A stretch of DNA of 33,000 nucleotides from Heteronotia binoei. Taxonomy: Eukaryota. Of this stretch, positions 1-9,934 are shown in pieces. The DNA lies in the NCBI RefSeq assembly GCF_032191835.1, contig NC_083230.1:94426001-94459000 (forward strand). Reading direction: 5' to 3'. The notes beneath the pieces are model-generated. The model worked only from the letters and a program-made list of their open reading frames with translations, was not told the origin of the DNA and did not search any database. The translations under genes and the position numbers were made by a program. How positions within the stretch are numbered: the first letter of the stretch is position 1; every line of letters begins with the position of its first letter.

Positions 1-280
1 CCTATATATACAGACAATGCCTCCTATAAAGCAATGCATCTGTAATCCAGCCTGTATTCAGAAACTGGGCTCGTCAACAGACATCCAGATTACAATCTAC
101 TAAAAGGAGAAACATAATAATATGAAGCCGCAAATGGAAAGCAAAAGTAACCACAACTGGAGAGAGCACTTGGTTTTCATTAGCTAACAGGTATTCTATT
201 TGCTGTTGATTAGACTACAGCTCATGATATTTTGGTAAGTGGGGAGGAAGCCTGTTTGGCATGTTTGCAAGAGGTAGAGC

Positions 281-470
281 CAAAGGGTTTTTTTTGGCAG
301 GAATGCAGTTCTGGCTGGCTCAGCATCAGGAGGTGTGACGTAATAAGCAAATGAGTTCCTGCTGGGCTTTTTCTAGAAAAAGCCCCATGTGAAACAATAG
401 TGATGCCAGGGGGTGTGGCTTAATATACAATTGAGTTCCTGTTGGGCCTTTTCTTTTTAAAAAAGCCCTG
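281..470. mobile_element. Non-autonomous hAT-type MITE (CAGGGCTTTTT-end family, internal tandem units)
   Basis: Ends caaagggttttttt...aaaaaagccctg. Identical 8-bp flanks ggtagagc at 273-280 and 471-478 (TSD length typical of hAT). Confidence 0.85.
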
Positions 471-584
471 GGTAGAGCAATGCAACCTGTTGTGAGGAGA
501 GTTGCTTGGTCCGTGTGGCCACCAAGCAAAGAGAAGGCAAGGTCAGGAGGCAAGAATGTTATGCCAGGAGCAGCTGTGAGTTTT

Positions 585-745
585 TAGGTTTACAACATTC
601 TCCCTTCCTTCATGTTATCCTCACCAGAACAAACTTGTGAAGCAGGTTAGGCTGACAGATCATTCATTGAGCTTCTTAGCAGAGTGGGGATTAGAATTTA
701 TTTCCTCAAATATTAGTCATACATTCTAACCACTAAATCATGGCA
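585..745 (-). mobile_element. Degraded tRNA-derived SINE remnant
   Basis: Similar to the reverse complement of the intact SINE at 9083-9370 (ttatcctcac...aacaaacttgtga...ggttaggctga...ttctaaccacta). Confidence 0.55.
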
Positions 746-921
746 GTTTCTGTAACTGCAGAGGGATGCTACTAATGTTTAAATGGGTATTCATCTCCCT
801 CCTTCAAAAATGAACTGGGCTACCTTGGCCACAACAGGTGTTAATCACCTGAACAAATGAAGAAAAAATTGTTACTGCTTTCACAAATCGCCTGGGTGAT
901 TTTTAAAAATTGGGTCTACGG

Positions 922-1068
922 TTAAAGTTGCCAATTTCCAGGTGGGGAGTGATGTCCTCCCTGAATTAGAGTGTACCTTCAGACTACAAAGGTCAGTTCC
1001 CCTGGAGGGAAGAAATGGCAGCTTTGGAGGGCAGACTGTGCTACAGTATACCGTAGAGTCCACCTCCA
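922..1068 (+). mobile_element. Truncated short MITE of the TAGGGTTGCCA-TIR family
   Basis: Shares the cagttcccctggag...aatggcagctttggaggg core with the other copies in this window. Confidence 0.75.
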
Positions 1069-1109
1069 TAGCTATGGTAAACCATAAAGTATCAGAGAAA
1101 CGGAAGTCA

Positions 1110-1203
1110 TAGAGTGGCAGGAACTGGCTGGCCACGGCGTGAGACAGGATGCTGGACTAGATGGACCACTGGTATGATTCAACAAGGCTCTTTTTATGTT
1201 ATT
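1110..1203 (+). mobile_element. CR1-type 3' tail fragment
   Basis: caggatgctggactagatggaccactggtatgattcaacaaggctctttttatgtt resembles the CR1 3' UTR end, like 23000-23052. Confidence 0.65.
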
Positions 1204-1393
1204 AAAATATAACATTCCATCTGTGCCCCTTCCATGCCCTAGGTACTGAATCCTTAGGAGTTTCCCAAGCCAGACTCATAACTGAGTCTCTGCTTGTGCT
1301 TCCTGCATTTCATGGTCCACACTGGCCATGCTGTCTAGATTTTTCTTCTTCTTAACTTCCTGTGTATATGTCGGCCACCTAAGGACCCAGCTC

Positions 1394-1436
1394 GTGTATC
1401 TGATGAAGTGAACTCTGGTGCATGAAAAATTATGCT
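1394..1436 (+). repeat. Penelope-type repeat relic with a degenerate minimal type I hammerhead ribozyme core
   Basis: gtat-CTGATGA-a-gtg...cat-GAAA-aattatgc has the core boxes, a short stem II and stem I (gtat/atgc). The expected AGCT palindrome is mutated. Confidence 0.55.
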
Positions 1437-2173
1437 AAAATGCAAACATCTTATCTTTGTGTGGCTTTTTTGTTTTGTTTTGAAACCACAAGACTCTGGT
1501 TTGTTTGTAATGCAACACAACTCCTCCTCTGGAGGTATTCAGGTAGCTGCTGGTGAAACAGGTATACAGGTGTTTCTGTTGCCTTGTAAATAGGTACTTT
1601 AGATTCTGTGATAGTTGCTGCATTGACCAAAGCGGCTTGCCATGTTTACAAGCCTCTAACTCAAAGAAGCAGAACATGAAGGTGCTGTGGGAAAAAGGGT
1701 ATCTTTTCCATCAAAATCTTTGTGTACAGATGAGGGCAGTCAGTTGCTTCCTCTTTCCAAATTGTAATCACCAACCTTTCTTTTTACTCATTCGTAAGAT
1801 CAAATGGGCAGTTCCTACCTAGATTATAGGTAACTCCTCTCTAAGTATTACTCCTGAAAGATATGTACACAAAATTCTAATTGAAAAGATTTAGAATTAT
1901 AATTAGGAGTCTAGCACTGCAACACTCTAAAATCATAGGATACTGAACAACTTTAAACAACAGGTAATGAAGGGAGACAGTCAGATGAGAGGAATAATCT
2001 GATTGTTTCCGATTTAGTGCTGTGCAACCATGGAAATGCAGGAGTGGGCCCTAAACATTGTGTATCCCAAGCATAGCTCCTGTAATGGAACTCTGTTCCC
2101 AATGCAGTGTGCTGTGCTCAATGATAGCCTGCTCCTGGGATGGTCCCTGGACCCTCATGACCACTCAGGGTGC

Positions 2174-2174
<1 letters not shown>

Positions 2175-2213
<39 letters not shown>
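2175..2213. repeat. (TAA)n microsatellite, about 13 units
   Basis: Read directly. It forms the tail of the adjacent L2-type fragment. Confidence 0.95.
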
Positions 2214-2215
<2 letters not shown>

Positions 2216-2460
2216 GATTTTATTTGTATCCCGCCCTCCCCACCTAGGCGGCTCAGGGCGGCTAACAACATTTTATACATTTACATTAATAGATGAAAAC
2301 TTTAAATTTAACAATTAAAAGATTAAACATATAAAAACCATTTAGTAGATTTAAAATACATGATTTAAGTTAAATTAAATTTATCTGGCAGCAATAGTGA
2401 TATTCTGACGCTGGTTCTGCCAGTTTCAGGGGATCGATTTGCAAGGGGCATTTAGTGAAC
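2214..2460 (-). mobile_element. L2-type LINE 3' UTR fragment
   Basis: tttatttgtatcccgccctcccc...ggctcagggcggctaacaac matches the L2 3' end at 19590-19650. Confidence 0.65.
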
Positions 2461-2822
2461 CAGTGGGAATCTAGCACACATGGAACTGCAAATGGAAATA
2501 GCCTTAAGGTCCAGTCCACTTGTGTTTAATAGCGTCTGGTGATGGATGCAAATCAGTATGCACGTAAGTGAATTGAACATAATGGGACTTTACTTTTGAG
2601 TAGACATGCTCTGTGAGATAGTGGAGGCATTGCTTTGCAAGCAAGGAAGGAATGCCTCTTTTATGCCTTTTTTCTTTTTATATTCCTTTTATATATTTCT
2701 CAATGGGCTCAGTTTTCTGCTTTTTACTGTTTTGTTTTTGATTATGTTTGTATTGTTGTGTACATAACTAATGTGTATGTGTGTGTGCGTGCTCAGAGAT
2801 GCCTCCTCTGCATAGTGACACT

Positions 2823-3103
2823 CAGGGCTTTTTTTGTAGAAAAAGCCCAGCAGGAACTCATTTGCATATTATGCCACACACCCTGACATCACCATTGTTC
2901 CACACAGGGCTTTGTTGTAGAAAAAGCCCAGTAGGGAACTCATTTGCATATTAAGCCAAACCCCCTAACATCACCATTGTTCCACACAGGGCTTTGTTGT
3001 AGTAAAAGGCCAGCAGGAACTCATTTGCATATTAGGCCACACCCCTGATGTCAAGCCAGCTGGAATGCCATTCCTGTGTGTCCCTGCTCCAAAAAAAGCC
3101 CTG
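2823..3103. mobile_element. hAT-type MITE with three ~81-bp internal tandem units, each carrying ATTTGCAT
   Basis: TIRs cagggcttttttt / aaaaaaagccctg. Perfect 8-bp TSD gtgacact at 2815-2822 and 3104-3111. Confidence 0.92.
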
Positions 3104-3195
3104 GTGACACTGGACTTCCTTGGACTCTGTTCTGAGATCCTAGGAGATTGGGCTAGCTTGAGCTATCAGGTCAGGCCTCTTCCCTGGTATACCTC

Positions 3196-3413
3196 AAGGG
3201 TTACCAGTCTCTAGGTGGCAGCTGGGGATCTCCCGGAATTACCGCTGATCTCCAGGTTACAGAGATCAGTTCCCCTGGAGAACATGATTGCTTTGGAAGG
3301 TGTATTCTATAGCATTATACCCTTGTGGGGTCCCTCTCGTCCCAAACCCTGCTCTCCCCAGGCCTCACACTCCAAATCTCCAGGTATTTTCCAAACCAGA
3401 GTTGGCAACCCTA
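3196..3413 (+). mobile_element. Short MITE, TAGGGTTGCCA-TIR family (hAT, Blackjack-like ends)
   Basis: aagggttacc...ttggcaacccta termini and the shared internal core. Confidence 0.85.
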
Positions 3414-3882
3414 AAATTAATCTCCAGCTTTGCCCAAGGTGTATCACACTTTTCCTGTACTCTGGCTCCGCCTTATAAGGAACCTACTGTATTTACTCAA
3501 AAGAAAGGTGACCCTGAAAACTCCCCTCCTGTGTTACAACTCCCCCCCCCATTTTTACTGGACATAACCATAACTTGTATGCAAATGTAAGCTGACCCCC
3601 CCTTTTTTGATGGCATACCTGGAAGACAACATAGTCTTGTTTGTGTCCTCATTAGCACTGCAGATCTGCATGACTGCTGGCATTTATATTTTCAAAGGGA
3701 GAAGAGTTGCCATTGTATCTTTGTTCTAGTTGCCTTTAAACACAACTAGGTCTTTTTTGTATGTTGTGCAGCCTACCCTAATTAAGTGTAATGACACCTC
3801 TCATGCTCTGCTTCCAGACTGTTCCAAGGTGCAGAGCTGGGCTCTTTGTTGTGTTCAACAACCTCCCCCTTAGCCTCTTGCC

Positions 3883-4082
3883 CAGGGTTGCTAGCCTCCA
3901 GGTGGAGCCTGGAGATCTCTTGGAATTAGAACTGCTGTCCAGGTGACAGAGGTAAGTTCCCCTGGAGAAAATGGCTGCTTTGGAAGGTAGACAGGATGAC
4001 ATTGTACCCCACTGAGGTCCTTCCCATCCCAATTCCATCTCAATCTCTCCAGGTATTTCCCAATCCAGAGTTGGCAACCCTA
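3883..4082 (+). mobile_element. Short MITE, TAGGGTTGCCA-TIR family
   Basis: cagggttgct...ttggcaacccta termini. Confidence 0.85.
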
Positions 4083-4107
4083 ATCCAGCCAGATGAAGAG
4101 TTCTGTG

Positions 4108-4295
4108 CACGGGTGGAATTCCAGCAGGAACTCCTTTGCATATTAGGCCACATACCCCTGATGTAGCCAATCCTTCTGGAGTTTACAAGGCTCTTTTTTG
4201 TAAGCTCTTGGAGGCTTGGTTACATCAGGGGTGTATGGCCTAATATGCAAAGGAATTCCTGCTAGAATTCCACCTCTGCTAGAATTCCACGCCTG
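4108..4295. mobile_element. Palindromic hAT-type MITE with a duplicated right end
   Basis: TIRs cacgggtggaattccagcagg / cctgctagaattccac(ctctg). Perfect 8-bp TSD gttctgtg at 4100-4107 and 4296-4303. Confidence 0.9.
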
Positions 4296-4864
4296 GTTCT
4301 GTGGGATTTAGAAGCTTGGCTGCAACCATGTACTGTTTTAGTTGATCCTAAGAAAAGTAGTGCTTTTATGAAACCTTTGGGGCTCCCACCAAGTTGTTCC
4401 ACATTTGATTTCTCCTTATTAAGACACACAATGGGGAATCAATTCATATTGACCCAGTGAGAGTAAGAGAGTCTTTGGAAAGAGTCATTGACTGTGGAAA
4501 TTTCCTGCCTTCTGTTGTCTGTACATTGCAGCTCACATGTGAGCAACATCCAGCCTGGCCAGTCTTTGCCAGTAGTCACCTTGAATAAAGGACTGACGCA
4601 AATCTGTTTGCTTACATTTTTATTGTATCCGTTTTTTAAAAGACTGCCTCTGTTGTGGGGCAGATAAATATAAAATTCACGAGAATTGTTCATACACTCA
4701 AACAAGGATTAATTATTTGGCAGGGCTATTATCCTTGCAGTTCACACAGTAAAATCCAGTTGCAAGGTGCATAGAAAGCGGATTGAAACTGCATTATTTA
4801 GCATGTGTGATCGCAGCCAAAAATAGTGTCAGTCATTTAAAAATCCGAGACGTTATCTTAAAAC

Positions 4865-4980
4865 TAGGACTTTTTTTTTTTTTTTGCAGAAAAAGCCCAG
4901 CAAGAACACATTTGTATATTAGGCCACATCCCCTGACACCAACTGTGTTCCTGTGAGTTCCTGTTTTTAAAAAAGCCCTC
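4865..4980. mobile_element. hAT-type MITE (same family as 2823-3103)
   Basis: Same core (aaaagcccagcaagaac...gtatattaggccac). Flanks cttaaaac / attaaaac match 7/8. Confidence 0.8.
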
Positions 4981-5439
4981 ATTAAAACCCTTAAATAACA
5001 TAATGGCAATTAATAATATTTTTAAAACCATGGGGGGAAAACATAATCTGTAAAACAATAGCAGCAAACATTGAAGAAGGAAATATAGCGCCATCATATA
5101 CAATTACATTGGAGCAAAAGAAATGGAGTAGTAAAAACAGTCAGCTGTCCTGAAAATATAGGATGTATTAGTTGTGGAGAAAGTCTATACACAGAGAGAA
5201 CCTCTCAGCTCTGGAAACTATACTCACCATAGCCCTTTTTTAGATATTGCAGTTGTGTGTTCTGGAAACCTGTCAACTGTGTGTATTGGGGCTGAGTAGT
5301 TCCCACACTGTTCTTGATACATTAAGTCACCAAATTATGTGAATAGGGGCAATTCATATTTTTAACATGAACATTCAGACATTGTACACGTGAACACAAA
5401 CTCTGGAAAAGTCAGTTTATGTTTACCAGAACTGTATGT

Positions 5440-5919
5440 TAGGTTGCCAGGTCCAACTCAGGAAATACCTGGGGACTTTGGGAGTGGGGTCAGAACAAGG
5501 TTGTGACAAACATGATTGAACTCCAAAGGGAGTTCTGGCCATCATGTTTAAAGGGACCACATTCCTTTTAAAACCTTTCTCTCCGTTAGAAATAATGGAG
5601 GATGGGGGGAACCTTCTTTTGGGGCTCATAGAATTGGACCCCCCAGTCCAATCTTTTTGAAACTGGGGTGGGGGGAGTTTGAAAAGAGGCACCAGATGCT
5701 ATGTTGAAATTTTGGTACTTCTACCTCAAAAACCAGCCCCCCCCAGCCCCAGATACCCAGGGATCGATTTTCTGTTATACTCTATGGGGCTGATCTCCAT
5801 AGAGGATAATGGAGTCCCAGTGAACATTTCCTCCTTGGCTTTCTGATAACCCTGAAGTAGGGGAAGGGGGGCTCCAAACCACGGGACCCCCTGTCCCCAA
5901 CTGGGGATTGGCAGCCCTG
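5440..5919 (+). mobile_element. Long-form (~480 bp) TAGGGTTGCCA-TIR non-autonomous hAT element
   Basis: taggttgcca...tggcagccctg termini. Flanks ctgtatgt / cagtatgt match 7/8 (8-bp TSD). Homologous to 24032-24711. Confidence 0.85.
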
Positions 5920-5934
5920 CAGTATGTGCATGAA

Positions 5935-6143
5935 TAGGGCTGCCAACCTCAAGGTGAACCCTAGAGATCACCCAGAATTACAACTGACCTCCAGACAACA
6001 GAAATCAGTTCCCCTGGCTGCTTTGGAGGATGGACTCTATGGCATTGTACCCCACTGATGTCCCTCCCCTCTGTAAACTCCGCCTTCTCCAGGCTTCACC
6101 CCCAAATCTCCAGGAATTTCCCAGCCCAGAGCCAACAACCCTA
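5935..6143 (+). mobile_element. Short MITE, TAGGGTTGCCA-TIR family
   Basis: tagggctgcc...caacaacccta termini and shared core. Confidence 0.85.
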
Positions 6144-6373
6144 ATGGTACATATTTATTTATATTTCAAACCAGTTTAAACCAGTGTTCCATCTAACTTA
6201 GGGTCCCCAAAGCAATGCAGTAAAAAAAAAAAAGATTAAAAACACACATGTATTTTAAAAACAAAACAGAACACATAACACATGAACGGGAGCAAAGGTC
6301 AATGAGAGCCAGAGTCATTGCTCCTTATTCAGTCACTGCGGCAGCCATGCCTATGAAGAAAAGCTACATGTGA

Positions 6374-6576
6374 TAGGGATGCCAGCCTCCAGGTGGTACC
6401 TGGGGATCCCCTGGAATTACAGCTCATCTCAGACTACAGAGATCAGTTCCCCTGGAAGAAATGGATGTTTTGGAGGGTGGACTTTACGGCATTGTATCCC
6501 ACTGAGGTCCCTGTATTCTCCCCAGACTCCATCCCCAAATCTTCGGGAGTTTCTCAGCCTGGTGTTGGCAACCTTC
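6374..6576 (+). mobile_element. Short MITE, TAGGGTTGCCA-TIR family
   Basis: tagggatgcc...ttggcaacct termini. Explains ORFs 6370..6591 and 6393..6635. Confidence 0.85.
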
Positions 6577-7064
6577 TGGTCATATGCATGATTGTAATGT
6601 CAGAAAAGAGCTCATGTTGTACAGTCTTCTCTTGAGAACTGAAGTCAGAAGGAACAAACCCTCCTGACAGGGTGGAAGGAAACACTGGCTGTGAGTCTGC
6701 GAAATTACAAAGCAGTCTCCTCCCTTTGTCTGGAGCAGTTTTTCAACTTGCAAACAAATGATTGTGTGTGGGTTTTTTTTTTTAACTGTACTTTACAAAC
6801 TGTGCTTTTTAAAATTGTACAAACAGTACTTTAGACAGCAACAAAAGGGAGGGCAGACAGCTCTCCAGATGCCTGGAGGGAGGGCTGAGGTCAGACCCTC
6901 CAGAAAATGAGCACTGGTTGGCCAGGCTGATGTGTGTCTTATCTGAAGAGCAAGCAATGGCATGAGGGAAGCTGTGCTCTCTATGAGAGCCTAGTTCTGC
7001 CCTTTAGGAAAGCTCCTCTCTTCAGGCTAGGCAGGCTGTTACTTTCCTGAGGCTTTGGGTGCTA

Positions 7065-7497
7065 CGGAAACCAGCCTCCAGGTACAGCCTGGGATGTCTT
7101 GGTGTTACAGTTGGTGTCTAGACAAGAAAAATCAGTTCCCCTTGAGGAAATGGCTGCTTTGGAGGCTTTGTAGTATTATACCCTACTGAGGTCCCTTCCC
7201 TTACCAAATCCCACCCTCCTCACTGGGCTGCCAGCTCTGGGATAGGAAATACCTGGATATTTTGGGGGAGGAATTTGGGTAGGGTAGGGTTTGAGGACTA
7301 GAGGGACCTCAGCAGAGTACAGTGCCACAGAGTCCACCCTCCAAATCAGCCATTTCCTTCAGGGGAACTGAACTTGGTCATATGGAGACCAACTGTAATA
7401 GCAGGAGATCTACAGGTTGATAACCCTACTTCTCAGGCTCTCCCCCCTCCAAAAAAAAATCTCCAGGATAGAGGTGGACTGAAGTTGACAGCTCTAT
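7065..7497. mobile_element. Nested MITEs: + short MITE interrupted by an inverted short MITE (7223-7428)
   Basis: The outer copy breaks at ...cctcctca and resumes at cttctcaggctc. The inner copy has ctgggctgcc / gataacccta ends in the opposite orientation. Confidence 0.75.
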
Positions 7498-8708
7498 TGG
7501 ATGCTGCTGTGGGAAATAAGATGCTGAGGTCACTGGACTGATCCTGCAGGGTTCTCCTTAATAATCTTTTAAGGTGGCATCAATACAGGGAAGGCTGGAA
7601 AAGGCTAGATTTAAGAAAAATGGGATTCATTTATTGTATGCTCAGACACAGAAAATATCTAATAACTCCTTCCTGCTCCTGAAGACAGCAACATTTTATT
7701 TGGGGCTAAAATGAACACAAAGCAAAGAGAAATCTCAATGGCAAATAAGGGATATATGAAGACCAGCCAAGTTTCTCTGGGGGTATAGTTGTATTGGCTT
7801 GTATATTTAGGTTCGGGGGAGGAATAACAGACAGATATTTAAGGGGCCCACAGAGGTTTATTGCAGTTACTTAATTACTGTAATACTCTTTCAAACTTGT
7901 CTGTTCCTTAAGCTTTCTGTGGGCTGCTGATGTTACAGAATGTTTTGCTGACTCTTGAGTTTTTTAAAATTACTTTTACTTAAGGTTATTGTTTCTATTG
8001 CGTTTTGGGACACTACTGGCTGTTCTTTTGGGTTGTTGCTCTTTTAGACTTCATTTATGTGTGGTTTTCTTATTTTTTATTTGTTGTCATTCAGTTCTTT
8101 GGGCTGTAAATTGCATTAAATATTTTTCCCTAAGAGTATGACAAACACTTTGATATGTTGTGGGCTGAATAAATCTGTATGATTGTTCTAAAACAAAAGC
8201 TCTGGAATGTATAACAATGGTTGAAAAAAGTTTAAAAGACAGCTTTCAAAATCCTTCATAAACTTTTTTAAAAAGATGAGCTTGATATAGTTTTAAGAAA
8301 ATTAAAATAAAATTCAAAGGAAGAAATGTCACAATGGTGGTGTCACTGGTAGGTTCAAAGGCCAGAAGCTGGTTGGTTGAGCCTCAGATGGGGTAGGCAG
8401 AAGGGACTGCCTCTGCCAAACTCGCTGCCCTGAGCTCCAGATGTGTGTGTGTGTGTGAGCAGCCAATGCTGTCAGACTGCCTACCCCTTCCATTAGGGGG
8501 CAGATTGGGAGCAGTTGGGATCCCCCCTCCCCCCAGTGTGGGGCACCTGGCCCTTTAGCCCATTGGTTAAGATTGCCCCTGGCTTGATATTGGTTTGGGC
8601 TTTCTGTTTGTTCCTTCAGATAAAATGCTTAGATCTGTTATCTTGGATTCTTGGCCAGTTTGGACTAAGGTTGTCAGGTCTTCCCTGGCCTCTGGCAGGG
8701 GCTGGCAA

Positions 8709-8910
8709 ATAGTTGCCAGATCCATGTTGGGAAACTCCTGGAGATTTGGGGTTGGAGCCTGTAGAGGTCAGGAAGCTCAGTGGGGTACAGTACCACAGAG
8801 TTCACCCTTCAGAACATCCATTTTCTCCAGATGAACTGATTTCTGCAGTTTGGAGATTAGCTATAATTCCATGGGATCCTCAGGTCCTATCTGGAGACTG
8901 GCATCTCTAG
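8709..8910 (-). mobile_element. Short MITE, TAGGGTTGCCA-TIR family, inverted
   Basis: Reverse complement of the core (ccattttctccagatgaactgat...ggagactggcatctcta). Confidence 0.8.
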
Positions 8911-9082
8911 TTTGGACCTAGGCCTTTTGGGTTCTGCAAAGATTTAGCTCCTCTTGTGAGATTCATTCAGGGAGGCGCCAGTCTTGGTGAGCACCTCAGT
9001 TATGGCAGAAAGCTTGTGCATAGGAGTGTCAAAGATGACAGAACTTGTTTGGTGTAGTGGTTAAGTATGTGGACTCTTATCT

Positions 9083-9370
9083 AGAGCCAGTTTGGTGTAG
9101 TGGTTAAGTATGTGGACTCTTATCTGGAAGAACCGGGTTTGATTCCCCACTCCTCCACTTGCACCTGCTAGCATGGCCTTGGGTCAGCCATAGCTCTGGC
9201 AGAGGTTGTCCTTGAAAGGGCAGCTGATGTGAGAGCCCTCTCCAGCCCCACCCACCTTACAGGGTGTCTGTTGTGGGGGAGGAAGGTAAAGGAGATTGTA
9301 AGCCGCTCTGAGACTCTTCGGAGTAGAGGGCGGGATATAAATCCAATATCTTCTTCTTCTTCTTCTTCTT
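9083..9370 (+). mobile_element. Full-length tRNA-derived SINE (~290 bp, Squam3-like) with (TCT)n tail
   Basis: Pol III A box (tggtgtagtggtt) and B box (ggtttgattccc), L2-like tail (gagattgtaagccgctctgagac...gggatataaatcc) and terminal (tct)n. Confidence 0.9.
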
Positions 9371-9654
9371 GTTTGTAACAAGGAGACATGTGCTATGGCC
9401 AGACAACATGCTTGGCATGGTCTGGCCATGCCTCTTATCACACCAGTATAAGTTATAGTGGGGAGGTTTGATCAGACAGCACTCCGTAAGGCAGCTTACC
9501 TGCATGTATGTCCTGTGGTTGATCGTTCACATTTTTTATGTGTGTCAACCATATAGCGTGCTGTCCTAGTGGTTTAAAAAAAATGTTTGGGTGTGCATGT
9601 GCACTTACGTGCACATCCCAAGGAACAAAAAAGAGACACTAAGATGGAACTGAC

Positions 9655-9934
9655 CATTCACACTTCCCATCTAGCTTGAGTTCGTGATAGGGGAGTTCAG
9701 ACATCCGGAAATATGGAATGCAAGTGCTGGCATCCATAAAGACTGGACTTTCCTCAGTGTCCAGTAACTCCACTTCAAAGATGGGGCAGAATGGGGTGGT
9801 GATGACTGGGCCATGGAAGGCAGATGTCACTGTCTGATTGTGCTCTTTAAATCCACAAGTGTACTGCAATGATATCAGTGCAAACTGCTCATCTGACTGC
9901 AGCTCTGCAGTGAGTTTGGCTGATATGTCATATT
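9655..9934 (-). CDS. Probable internal coding exon of an unidentified gene: (x)YDISAKLTAELQSDEQFALISLQYTCGFKEHNQTVTSAFHGPVITTPFCPIFEVELLDTEESPVFMDASTCIPYFRMSELPYHELKLDGKCE(W/C)
   Basis: Pyrimidine-rich acceptor ttcttctgcctcaccattttctag|, phase 1. Only one frame is open, for 92 codons. Codon pattern is coding-like (about 29% G at position 1, about 12% G at position 2, CAG over CAA). Candidate donor tg|gtcagt; otherwise the frame stops at 9639. Not similar to window repeats. Protein not recognised. Confidence 0.6.

Noticed and set aside
824-848. 25-nt micro-exon candidate on the minus strand (ttttttcttcatttgttcag|GTGATTAACACC...)
   Set aside because: Strong acceptor but weak donor (aag|gtagcc), too short to evaluate, and two of three frames stop at once.
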